DNA of 64,000 bases, from contig MCFE01000337.1 in NCBI GenBank assembly GCA_002104905.1, positions 1 through 64,000 on the forward strand. Reading direction: 5' to 3'. Positions 24,497 to 36,938 of this stretch are shown one piece after another (the first letter of the stretch is position 1; every line of letters starts with the position of its first letter). Origin of the DNA: Basidiobolus meristosporus CBS 931.73. Its lineage: Eukaryota; Fungi; Basidiobolomycota. The translations under genes and the position numbers were made by a program. The notes under the pieces were generated by a model. That model was not told where the DNA came from. It saw only the letters and a program-made list of their open reading frames with translations, and did not search any database.

Positions 24497-25588
24497 ATGT
24501 TGACGATGAACCGGCAGCGTATGAGTCTGGACTCGTTCTCGGTGAAATCAAGGATCGAGGCGACGCTGAACGAACTGGAGATCGATACAGCATTCGCCCT
24601 GAATTCCACTTTCGACAAGGTCCCCCGCCGTCTGGCCATGCTCTTGACCTCCCCGCGTCCCTTGCTAACCACCGTTGCTTAGTAGGTAGCTTACCTGGAG
24701 AATTTGTGCTCCTCCTTGAACAGGCTGCTGGACCACTGCCCCTCAGATCTAATCCAGGGCACTGACCCGGTTACAGCTATGGCTATGCCCATGACGACGC
24801 CTACAGAGTAAGCCCTAGTGCGCTTATCACCACCAGTCTTTAGACTCACCATCCACACAGGACCAGACCCGAGTCGAATAGGACTTCGGCCGTCCGGCAA
24901 GAGCCGAAGCATTCGGTTAGTATCTGGGCAGGGAATTTCTTTGGGTGCGCTGGCTAACACCATCTGTTAGGGAGCCCCATTTTTGGAGAATGATGCCAGC
25001 TACCGACGAGTCTGCCATCTGCTGGAGCACCTGATCTCTGACGCAAGCAACGCGGTGCGCTCCGAGGTCGTGTTGGAGGGGGCCTCGAGCGACGACTGGG
25101 AGGAGGTCGGGACCCCCACCGACGAGGATCTACCTTCCACCCGGAGCCTCTCAGTGTTTATCCACAGCGAGATGGACCCGTCTCCGTATGCGAGGGGAGC
25201 ACCTCCTTTGGAAGAAAAGACACCCTATGGGTGGGCCAGCGCAAGGGAGCATCCCTCGTTCGCGCCGGGCTTATCGGTCAGCATGTACCTCGATATGAGC
25301 AGGCCCGCCACCATCCAAACCACCATGCACCTGCACAGCCATAGCAGGATCCTGATGTCCATTGCATATTGGCTTCTCCTGTTCATCTTGGGAGTGGTAC
25401 TGTTGGATCGGTACCTGTGCAAAGTATCTAGCCAGCAGGTGGCCATTGCCCTAGATCAGCTGGTGACCGGGCGGGAGTCCCTTGAGATCGACCCGGCCGA
25501 TTATGACAGGGATGGCTGCTTGAGGATTCAGCATGAGACGCTTAGAGCGAACCTCCGCAAAGCCCTCTTCCGACGTAAAAGTTTCTAA
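24497..25588 (+). CDS. Hypothetical multi-exon protein with a C-terminal transmembrane segment
   Basis: There is a 201-codon terminal ORF with a hydrophobic stretch (ILMSIAYWLLLFILGVVLL). Plausible introns at ~24,620-24,684 and ~24,808-24,970 link it to upstream coding-like segments. The start is uncertain. Confidence 0.5.
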
Positions 25589-25810
25589 CCGCCGGGGAAC
25601 AGGGTTTGTCCGCTATGACCCAGGGTGCTTCCACCCCCCCCCTCTCCCCACCTATCCTATCCTATTCATCATAAAAAAGCGATATCCCCGCCCCCTCTCG
25701 GCCGGACAACACGCTGTAGACTGTCCGGGTTGTATACCTACACAAAATAAACCCATCTGTTTCGAGAATTTATTCGGTTGCGATGGTCGGGTCACGTGAA
25801 ATGAGGGGAG

Positions 25811-26553
25811 TTAGTTGTGGGATTTGAACAGCAGCTTGTTCTCCTTGGTGGCTTGCTGGTACTCTTTGGTCAGCTTGGAGATGCCCTTGAATTTCTCGTG
25901 CTTGGCATCCCCCAACAGCTGGAACAGGATCGATTCGGAAGTGGTGATGGAGGCGCCGGCCTGACGCATACGGGCCAATGCGATGTCGATCTCCGGGTAG
26001 TTCATGGAGGACACCCCGTCCGCCAACACGTGGACATCATAGTCGTGCTCCAGAAGCTCCAAACACGTCTGAAGAACGCACACATGGGACTAAAAGAACA
26101 AGGTGAATCAGGGGGGGGGAACCGACCGGAGTCCCAGTCAACCAGAAACCACCTACCTCGATGCCGAACAGGACCACCGACTTCGTCTTCAGCTCCTTCT
26201 CCAACAGCTCCTTCACCTCCGGAAGGAACATGGAGAACTTGTTCTTCTCCAGGTTGCACCTGGCCCGGGAGATGTCCAATTCGCTGACGGTGTTCCCTAA
26301 TGCCTTGGGGTTTTGCTCGGTCACGACCACTGGGATGTCGAGTTGTTCGGCCGCGGTAACCTAAAAGAGTGAGTGGTAAGTTGCGAGGGCGGGGGGTGGC
26401 ACGCTTCAAGAGACTCACCATCTTCTGGGCAGTGGTGACGACGTTGGGGAAAGCGTGGATGAGGTTGCGGAAGCGCTCCTGGATGTCGCAAACGAAGAAT
26501 GCGGTGGTGTTCGGACGGATCCTGGAGATGGTACGAGCGACGGTGGCAGACAT
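25811..26553 (-). CDS. Isochorismatase-family hydrolase (ISOC1/ISOC2-like), 2 introns
   Basis: Motifs [50 protein letters not shown] and [14 protein letters not shown] introns join the frames. Confidence 0.9.
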
Positions 26554-26889
26554 GGTGACTGAACAGAGAGAGAAAATCAGGTGGCGAAGGGAACCGGCAT
26601 CAATATATATACCCTGCAACCATCAATATATACCCTGCGTGGGACTTTTTGGATCTCCTCGGACATTCCCATCATAAGCCACAGCATTCGTGGTGGACTG
26701 GCCCGAATCAGCTTCGGATGGGTATTCATCGTGATCTCGTCGGAGGGACGGATCTTCGACCAAGGGGCCGATGGTCGATGGTCGATGGTCGAAACACTAC
26801 CAAATTCCCAGCATCGTGTTACTAAAAACATTGAAAAAATCCAATTTGTATCGTCTGTCCTACGGGCGTTCAGTAGTATTCGCATCCTT

Positions 26890-29800
26890 ATGGGAACCAA
26901 ATCGCACCGTCGTCGTAGCCGCCTCACTCGCAAGAAGAGACGTCTGGAAGTTCCGAACGAGATCAAGGTTCAACCGACCAGCAGGCCCACCACGGGCCTA
27001 GTGTATGATGTTCGTTTGGCGTATCATGCGCCGGCAGTATCCGGGCAACCGCATCCAGAGGAATCCCTTCGAGCGTATCATATTTTTCAGAAACTCGTCT
27101 CCACAGGATGCCTATCTAGATGCGTCAGAGTCAGCTGTAGAGAGGCTACCGTCGATGAGCTTCTACTGGTCCACACCAAACGGCACGTTACTGAGATCAC
27201 CGATTCTGCAGGTAGAATTCCCCTGATCAATACCGTGGGAACCACAGTTGGTACTGACGTGTATCTATCCATACTTTCCCAAACCATCAAGCGCTCCCGG
27301 AAGAGAAGCTCTGTGCACTAGCTAAGCAACACGATTCTTTGTACTTGAATTCCATGTCATCGCATTGTGCCCGACTTGCTTGCGGCGGTGTGATAGAGCT
27401 TTGTAGAACAGTGTACCAAGGGAAAATCAAGAATGGAATGGCGATTGTCAGACCACCGTAAGTGACTCCTTCCCGTGTAGTCAAGGGACGTTCCCCTCCT
27501 TCGAGACACTAATATCCCCTTCGTTAGAGGACACCACGCAGAGCCCGACGAGGTACCAGGACTGAGTTGACTTTACCTAGGCTACGATACTTACGATCCT
27601 TCACCCCTGCGCCCCTTCACGACAAACCCAACCCTTTCAACAGCCAAGGTTAGTACAGAGACTGCGATTGCTGAAACAGTAGCTTACATTCTCGTCTCGC
27701 CAGGGGATTTTGCCTGTACAACAATGTGGTATGTTTTCCGACCCGGTGATCACGTGTCGACGGCCAGCTAAGGTTTTCCCACTGCTCTAGGCAGTAGCCG
27801 CAAGATGTCTTCAGAAACAGCACCACGTGCAACGGATCCTCATTGTCGATTGGTAAGCAGCATTTAGGGATGCTCAGTACTCGTCGTTCCTACTAAGTGA
27901 ACGATCTTAGGGATGTTCACCACGGTTGATACTTGCTAAATAAGTGATCGCTCGAGTATCCCTTGGTTCTCATAAGTTACGATTTAGGGAACGGGATCCA
28001 GAAAGCGTTCCTGACCGACCCGAACGTGCTCTACTTCTCCATCCATCGCTACGACGACGCCAAATTCTACCCCTACGAGACCGCCGCCGCCCACTACGTC
28101 GCAGGGGAAGGCGAAGGCAAGGGAAGGTAGGTGCTCGGCCCCCCTTTCCGGCCGTCAAATCATCTAACCCCCTTCGATAGAACAATCAATGTTCCTTGGC
28201 CGTGCGCCGGGATGGGGGATTTCGACTATCTACATGCGTTCAACAAGCTGTTGATGCCGATAGCCTACGAATTCGACCCGGAGATAGTGATCGGTTGGTA
28301 GTCGAGATGTACTTGGTTGCTAAGGGATGCCAGCTAATGGAATTGAACGGGAATTAGTGGCCTCGGGATTCAACGCGGCCTCAGGTTTGGCGGAAACTTT
28401 GGACATCGGAAACACGTGCTAAGCTAACCCACCGTACAAAGGGGACTTGATGGGGGGATGCTTCGTTACCCCCGCGTGCTACGCGCATCTCACTCACAAG
28501 CTGAAAACATTGGCTGGAGGGAAGGTGGTGCTAAGCCTGGAGGTGAGGATCACATTCAAGGGACTTGCGAGATCGGTCTTGCTAACCAGCAATTTGATCA
28601 GGGCGGGTACAACTACGACATCATTTCCGAGTCCGCGCTAGCGTGCGTGCGCGTGCTTATCGGAGAAGACCCGCCTCAATTGCAACCGGGAATCCCAAGC
28701 CCGATATGCGTGGAGACGGTGGAGAAAGTGGCGCAGATCCACTCAGTTTATTGGAAATCCCTACGCGAGCTCAACATCAAATCCTCCTTCGCCGGTATGG
28801 AACCACATGGAGACACCGACCAGAGAACCCTATAGCTAATCTTGACTCGCTTAGATGGCCTGAAAAAGAGGGTGGAGCAGCGTCAGAGTAAGCCAACCTG
28901 TGCCGAATTTCCCAGCTGCCTATCCCCCTGACCCCGTTTGAACAGAGTTATCTGCAGAGCGATCGAAGAAGCTCATCGATGAGTTCGGTCTCCTGAAGCT
29001 TCCCATCGCTGGGTCCAATGTGCCCGAGTTCTTTCACGAGGAAGTATTTCAAACGTACGTAGACACCCGCAAAAATGGGGCGAGGGAGCGGACCTAACGG
29101 ATTACATTCTTCGCAGCGACCGAACACTCACCTCGTCGGTTTTGGTGGTGTTTATTCACGACATGTAAGCATCGATCGCTGTCTCGATCCGAACTGAGCC
29201 CGATCTAACCTAGTCCCGCTCGCAGGAACCACAAGCAAGCTACATCGGCGCAAGAATCTGGCTTTGTATGTCCAGTTGACAATCACCCGTTGGCCGCGGC
29301 GATATACTAACCAGCCCGGCAGTTTGACATTGCCAACAGAATCCTAGGGAACATCCTCGTCAACAATTGGGAGCTCATCGACGTCAACATCCCATATTTG
29401 GTATGACTGCCAATGGACATGTCTCCACCACATCTGACTCTTCTCTGCAGGACGATTTCCAGGACGAAGATAGAAGAATCGTAGATCGCCTGATAAGCTA
29501 CATCTGGGATCGATATATCAAGTAAGTGCCCATTGAAGCCTAGTGGCACAGCGAAAGCTCACGAAGCTGTTTTCCATAGAACCACAACCCAGAAGAAGAT
29601 CGTCTTTGTTGCCACCGGATACGGCGCCGTATCAGTCGGGCATCTTATCACATTGATAGGTAGAGAAGACGTAGGCAGGAGTTTCGCGCGCCACTTACTG
29701 ACGCAGGATTTGTTTAGACGATGTACAGAAGTATTCCATGTTCATGGCGCTGATTCCCGGCGACGAGTTGCCCATGGTACCGCCAGAAAAGAGCGACTGG

Positions 29801-30098
29801 TTTTCGAAGGTATGCATCGCCGGTTCGGTTGTACGTGTGCGAGATACTCATCCACATCCCTCCTCTGCCGCCACCCCTAGAATACCTATATTATGGTTGA
29901 CCCCACGATTGCGAAGCAGCATCATTCAAGCTGCTTTGGCAGACTGGTTTCGAATGGTAGGTCGGCCACGTCCACTTTGCCGGTCAGCTACCTGCTAATC
30001 CTTTCTCTTCAGGAAACCTCCATGAATTTCCCATGAACACTCTGGCGCGGCTTGCCCAAGATATGTTTACACAGATCAAAGAGTGGCTCACTAGATAG
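26890..30098 (+). CDS. HDA1: Class II histone deacetylase, HDA1/Clr3-like, with a putative C-terminal Arb2-type domain; many introns
   Basis: Motifs [70 protein letters not shown] and SLEGGY. The post-HDAC exons end ...QIKEWLTR*. The C-terminal exon structure is approximate. Confidence 0.88.
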
Positions 30099-30256
30099 TC
30101 CCGGTGTAACCCCCCACCACCCTAATCCCCTACACATTGTATCATAGTGATATGAATGTAGCCGAAACTAATCAACACCTCAACTCACTTCCATTATTTA
30201 TTGATGCAGTAAATTGACTTTTTAATCCTTCGTCGGAATGGCTGCTGTTGGTTTCC

Positions 30257-33200
30257 CTAGCTAAGATCCATGAATTCTCCCAAACCACCATTCAGATAGC
30301 TCTCTTTGGCATCCATCTCCTGCAAGACGGTCTGGTATTCCTCGGCCAACGCGCCACTCTTTAGCTCGCTCAGGAACCCGACGAACTTGGGAGAGCTTGA
30401 TGCCTCGGAGAGTTTCGAGATCACCGCAACGGCGCGAAGCGCAGATCTGACAAGCTCCTGATGCTTTTCGACCTCCTGTTTCACCGAGGATTGTTTGATC
30501 TTGTGCTCGATGGTTGCTTTAAGTGGGTCCACACAATCGTCCAGCTTCTGCGCCACTGCAGCTGGAAGCACGCGCGCAAGTCGGATAAGCATGAGATGGG
30601 CAAGCACCTTGATGTCTTGTTGATCGCTAAGTCCCATGACCACCCGCTCCAAAAAGCCGAAAATCTCGATTCGATCCAGACAGTGGTCAAGAAGGGTGTA
30701 CATGCACTCGAACGCTGCCTTTCGAATCTCAAGGCCCTCGTCGACCTTGTGTTTGAACGGGCCCATCTCGACCGTGTGGATTAGGTTGTCACGAACCACT
30801 GTTTCCTCGTACAGCAATGGAAGGAGTTGGTCGAGCACATCGCGAATCAAATACGGCTTGTTGTGGGCGGCCGAGTTGAGGGTGGATAACGACATCTTGC
30901 GTACGTTTAGGTCGCCATCATGCATCAATGACAGGAACTCCACGATCAATGGATGAAGCAAATCATCGAAACTCTGGGTTTGGTCGGTGAATGTATACCG
31001 GATTGCGGTAACTACGGTGCCTCGGGTGTGTGGCGAGGCCGACTGAAGCTGCGCTTTCAGATCGGGCAAGAATCTCTGTGGGCTAGTCAAGGTCATCTTG
31101 CCGATGCACTCGGCAACCACATTGCGTGTCCCTTCCTCTTGGGTATCGCAGTTGGCAAATAGGAGCTCCCATATCTCGGTGTTGAATTGCTTGAGCACCT
31201 CGGCATCCTGCTGGTGGGAATGGCGGGTGATCAGCTCCTTCAAAGAGTGGAACAGAAGGTACTGCTTCTTGCTTTGTCCTTTAATCTCATCAATGATGAT
31301 CGGAAGATATTTGGGAACATTGCCCACAGCAACGTTACCCAAAGCGAAAGCCGCTGCAGACTTGATTTCCTCCAATTGGGATGAGAATAGAGAAAGGATC
31401 AAGCTGTGAAGCTCCTCATTCTGACTTAGGTCAATCTTACGACCGATCTCTCCCAAAGCCAGTAAGGAGAAGCACTTGAGAGAATCGGACGATGAGGGAT
31501 TGTTGATTTCGTTGATGAAAGTGTTGACCGTCGCTTGACAATTGCTGGGCGAGTTTAGACACAAGGTGGCTGCACACTGGGCAATGATGGAATGCGATTG
31601 AGTGGTTGCACTAGGCTGCTCATGCTCGCCATCAGTGCGTACCAAGTTCATAAGACTATTCATCAACGGGGTGAAATCCCTCTCGTCCGTACGAACCAGG
31701 GTTGCGTATATCTTGAGAAGGCTATCCAAAGAGGTTCCTTGAATAAGAGGTGATTTGACCAGGTTGAGCAAGGACTCCAGAATGTCCTCCTTGACTTGCA
31801 CCAACGAGCCGGGATTTACCTCCAATACAACACCAAGGGTGCTCAGAGCAAGGGGGAGCAAATGGAGATCCGAATCGGAGAGCAGTGGCCGGAGCTCCAC
31901 AAGCACGCTGGTAAATGTTTCGGAATTAACATACTCGCCATATCTTTTCAGAAGTGCCTTGAGACAGATGAGACTCGAAGCCTTGATTTGTCGGTTGTTC
32001 TTTCTCAACAATAGGGCTACTTCGGAGATGGCCTCTAAGATTACGTCTTTGGTATCCTCATTACCGATGACTGGTGACTCCGCAATCATTGTGAAGGCTT
32101 TTACGGTGGTTAATCTAGTAATCTCATTCTTAAGTCTCTCCAGCAGCAATGGCATGCATTCCTTTAATTCGGGTTTCAACTCATCGCCTGTCTGGGAGAG
32201 CAAGACTCCTAAACAAGTTATCGAACGCTCCTTGACTTCTTGATCAGCATCCGAGGTAAATAATCTGGCTAAGGTGGCTTTACAAATTTGCTGGATGTAC
32301 GATTTGGAATTCTCTCCCAGAGGTGAGAGGTTGTAAGAGTCGGTGCTGGGAATATACACAATGGGACGAATCACCTTGATAAGCTCGTTGCACACCAACA
32401 ATGCCTCGGAGGGGATCTTATAGAATTTGTCGTTGACAGAGGCAATGATAGGCGGTGCAAGGCGCTCCAGGTGAGAGTTGAAAACGTGTGGTGGATGTGT
32501 GCGGAACAGTTGTCTCAAGAAAGAGAGAACCTCTATCTTCAGGTTGGAGCTGGTCCCAGAGCTCTGACTGGCGATTGTGGTTTCTGACCCGGCTAGGGAG
32601 GAACTGATTGCGGGAATGAATAGCGAGATTTGATAATCCAGGCCTCCGCGAAGTACCGTGATAAGTTCTCTTAGAAGGACGAAGCCGGTCTGTCTTGTTT
32701 GAATCGATTTCGAAGTTAGCTGCTTAGACAGGCTTTTGGCTAGCTTGGGCACCTGTTGACGAAGGAGTTGAGGCATGCTGTCATCAGTGTCCATTGGGTT
32801 GTGAAGTTTCCGGCGCTTAGCCTCGAAGACAATGTCATCGGCGTCTTGTGCCTCTTGCTCGTCTTTGGCATAAACGATTGTTTGTCGTAATAGAGTGATA
32901 AACGTCTGGAGAATATCCACACGTACGGTCTCTTCTCTTTCCTTGAATCTGGCGATCAGAGCTGGAGCTACGGTCTCGTAAAGCTTAGGCAGTAGTTCGT
33001 GTCGAGTTGATATAATGGCAGAGAAAACTTTGGAAGCGGATCTTCTCACTTTCCACGAGATGTCATCGTCATCGGAGAACTCGCTGTCAAGATGGGGTTA
33101 GCAGCCGATCTTCTCGAATGGATTCAGAATTCGCCACCACATACTCATCAAACTCATCTTCTTCATCCTCATCTTCATCCTCATCCATAGCATTCTCGTC

Positions 33201-34656
33201 GGCCTCGTCATCATCATCCGGATCCTCGAAGTTTGGATCGTACTTGATATATTCTAGGCACAGGTCGATGATAGTAGGAATGTAGCGAGTGATCTCAGTG
33301 GGGCATCTCAGCACCAATGACTCCAAAGCCTTGTTTCACCAAATTCACAGCGCACTTTAGTAACGAACAACGCAAGATATATCGCTCAAAGCTTTGATCC
33401 TACCTGTAGGCAGTATTCTCTGAGTTCGTCATCCTCCTCCTTGGCGTAAACAATCACAATAGGAAGGATCTCCTCCAGATACTTGCCCAATCTTTGAGCA
33501 CTGAAGCGGCTGTATAATATAGCGGAGCTTAAGAGCGTGCTTTAGGATGAAACTGTAAACCTATATCAGACTCACCTCACAGTTCCCACACAATAGATGA
33601 GAGTCTTGGATTTATCGTGAGAATTCTCGGTTCGCTTGAGCTCCACCAAGAGTTTCTGTACAAGCTCGTTGAATAAATCGTCACCGATGTTAACAACCAA
33701 ATTACCTAAACAGTAACGTATCATTGGTAAATGATTGACACGACTAACCATGATTCTGATTCAGTGCTTACCGATGGCGACGGTGGCCCTCTTGCGGATC
33801 GCTGGTCGGGAATGATTCAACAGCAGAATTAGCGCGTTTTGGATGGAGCTTTGTAGTTGTGGATTGGCGACAAGGAGAATTCCGAAGCGAGACAGGACTT
33901 CGATCATCACATCCAGTGTATCTAGCTGAATTTCATAGATAGTGTTCTATCGTACACGGCATTTTAGAATAGGCAGGAGCACATAATAGCAAGAGCAACA
34001 AAAGTACATTATCGAGCTGTGAGATGAGTCGGGGGATAAGCCGTTGACAGATATTCAGAGCTACAGTCGAATTGGATGGGATTTCAACAATCACAGTCTT
34101 CAGCCCTAAGAGTCATGGATTTCAGTACGTGTATGTCAGCACTTGCTCAATAACCACGCTGGTCTAAACGGAACATTACCGATGCTACCAATATCACGCT
34201 TTTCTTCGCGCTTCTGCACAGTGAACCCGCAAAGCTCGTCGACTATTTCTTGAAGTTGCGCTTCATGTAACTTCTTAACTAGAGGGCCTAAACTATAACA
34301 CCGCCACAAACAGGCGTATGCTTGATAAATCTTCCATATATCTGCTGGTGGTAAGCCAAAAGGAGAACTAACCACTTGATGGCAAGATTCTGCACCTCGC
34401 CATTTTTATCGTCCAGTAGTTTCAACACAGCAGCAACTACCTTCTTTTCAGTCGACTCCTCTAGTTGAAAGCTGTCCTTCTGGAGCTCGTTGGTCAGGTC
34501 GTTGGTGGCCATGTACCGAAAATCCGTGTCGCTGGAGGTCATCTATGTTCAACATGCGGGTGGCAAAAAAATGAATAGCGGTTTCAAAGGTCAAAGGTGC
34601 ACAGTAATTACTTTTTCCAGCAGCGAGGCCACCATGTACGCACTAGTATTTGCCAT
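30257..34656 (-). CDS. CAND1: Cullin-associated NEDD8-dissociated protein 1 (TIP120), HEAT repeats
   Basis: N-terminus [31 protein letters not shown], then [23 protein letters not shown] and [25 protein letters not shown]. There is a 930-codon terminal ORF and several 5' introns. Confidence 0.96.
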
Positions 34657-35539
34657 TTTTATTAGCAGGAAAACTTGAAAGGGCGTGGTCAAGAACCGAT
34701 TCAGGTATACGTTGTTGTTTTTAACCTCTGTAATGAAGAGGCTTAAGCTGGATTTGTCCACATCACCATAATTGTGGCATAAAAACTCGTTTAATTGGGA
34801 AACGTCATCTGGGATAAACCGTGACGTCATGTTTAAATGCCGGGTACCTTTGGCATAGCAACTAAATGATGTCTAGATGCTCGATGACTGTTTGATGTTG
34901 GTCAGATGTTTTTGGCTAGACTTGGTTATCTTTAACGGTAAGATTTAGGCTAAATGTTGGTTATCTTATACGGCAACAATGTAGTACGAATTAATATGTC
35001 AAGTAGAGTATAGGGTTTGGGACTTAGGACTTGGGATTTGGGACATATCAATAAGACCAGGCTAGGGTTCCACAAGGAATCATTGCACATGGACGCACAT
35101 CCAATAAGTGCATCTTTCTGATATGAAGACTCACATCTGGTGCGAACCCTGCCTAAAACATACCATCAATGTGCACCAATTCATGGAAAGGGTTAACTTC
35201 ATGGCGAGCGCATTAATGTGTGCCTGATAGACCACATAGATTAGGTTTCGCATGTATAGATCTGTGACTTTAGTACCTGACCCCCAATATTCGAGTGTTC
35301 CAAAATTAGATGGTTATCAGCGCTATTTTTACACCATTCGACAGCAGTATTGGTGGATTGGTGGATTGGTGGATGTTGACCTGAACTCCACATGAATCCT
35401 CCTATAAAACCTCCAGATTCGCTTCGTTTATTGCGATTTCCTGACTGAGAAGCTGAACCCCTTTAAATCATTCTTTCACTCAACCAACAGACCTGGATTC
35501 ATCAAACGACCATTTTGTGAGCCCAGTTAATCCTTAGAT

Positions 35540-36696
35540 ATGAAGTTTGGAAGCTTTGATCAAGTCTGTCGTGAGGTTCCGCTCACCGTGTGCTCCTTGC
35601 TGGGCGCCGACGGAAACGGAATAGAGCCCCACTGTTATGCGCGTAACTTCGAATTTGCTGGCAAATTATTCTTCGAGTTCGGTTGGTTCACCTTGTTTCT
35701 CTATTATCCATTTGTACCTGGGCCTCAACGTTTTCTTTCAACAGCTGTCATGGTCATCTACATCGCCGCACTCGTGATGGGAATTATCATGATATATCAC
35801 ATCAAAACCAAGTATACGGCCGTCGGTGAGTCTTGGCCAAACCCTCCCCTTTATTCTTGTATCATTCTCACCCAGATGTTTGATAGGCCGAAAGGAAATG
35901 GTGACCTTCTTCATCTTGTATATGCTCACTACGCTTGTTGAAGCACTTGTGGTCTCGGGGATTGTGCCGGCTTCTTCTTCAATCCAACCGGTACGTGTTA
36001 TGCATTCAGCTTCAACCGCTTTTCACGACTTGCTCACAACACCATGTATCTGTAGTGGTTTGTTGCTGCCCACGTTGGTTTGCTCTCCGCCTCCATTTGG
36101 TGCCTGCTATTCAATGGCTTGGTCGGCTTCCAGATCTTTGAGGACGGAACCGCGCTGTCACTTTGGGTAAGTTCAGCGGAGTCCCCACGCGCGCACGCCA
36201 CTCTATTTCTAAACGATGATATCATAAGGGCATCCGAATCTCTTCCCTGATCGTATTCGGAGGGGCATTCTTCGTTGCCATTGGCACTTTCAAGAACATG
36301 GTTGGCTTTCTTAGCCCATCCAACCCAATTCTGCTTTGGATCATTTATTTCATCTTCAATGGTGCCGGGGTCCTAATCTATTTCATCCTTCAGCTCATCC
36401 TTGTCTTCAAAACCCTGGATGATCGTTGGCCTCTGGGCGACATTCTCTTTGCAATCGCGTTCTTCGTCATTGGTCAAGTCATTCTCTACATCTTTTCACA
36501 AGACATCTGCAACTACGCTACCCACTACATTGACGGCATGTTCTTTGGTGTCATGTGCACGCTCCTATCGGTCATGATGACCTACAAATACTGGGATTCC
36601 ATCACCAAAGAGGATCTCGAGTTTTCGGTCGGGGGCAAGACCGCACAGTGGGATGTCAAGTACGACATGGGCGGCTATAACAACGGCAGATACTAA
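35540..36696 (+). CDS. CHS7: Chitin synthase export chaperone, paralog A
   Basis: Motifs MKFGSFD.VC...PLT.C, CYARN, TAVGRKEM, CLLFNGLVGFQ..EDGT..SLW, LDDRWPLGD, HYIDGMFF and YKYWDSITKEDLEFSV. Multiple transmembrane segments. Confidence 0.93.
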
Positions 36697-36938
36697 GCGA
36701 CAAATCAGCCCATGAATCCCACCATATCTATCTTTAATCTGTCTCACGCCAATAGACTGTTGTACATTCATAAGCAATTCTATCTCCAGCCTCTCATGCA
36801 AGAATAAATTCCTCCTCATTCGCTTCGTAAACCTTGTATCTTGCCAGATCGTGAGCCAAAATTCAATGGAAAAGCTGATTTCAGGGATGCATTGAGTTTA
36901 ATGATTGAAAAGTCCTATTGAGATGTACTGAAGTGAAT

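Noticed and set aside
26581-26889. N-terminal extension of the HDAC ORF from 26,581
   Set aside because: It runs through the TATA-like repeats and promoter of the divergent gene and does not look protein-like. The ATG at 26,890 is more plausible.
35349-35372. (ATTGGTGG)x3, i.e. three reverse CCAAT boxes upstream of CHS7-A
   Set aside because: It is indistinguishable from a simple microsatellite without functional data.
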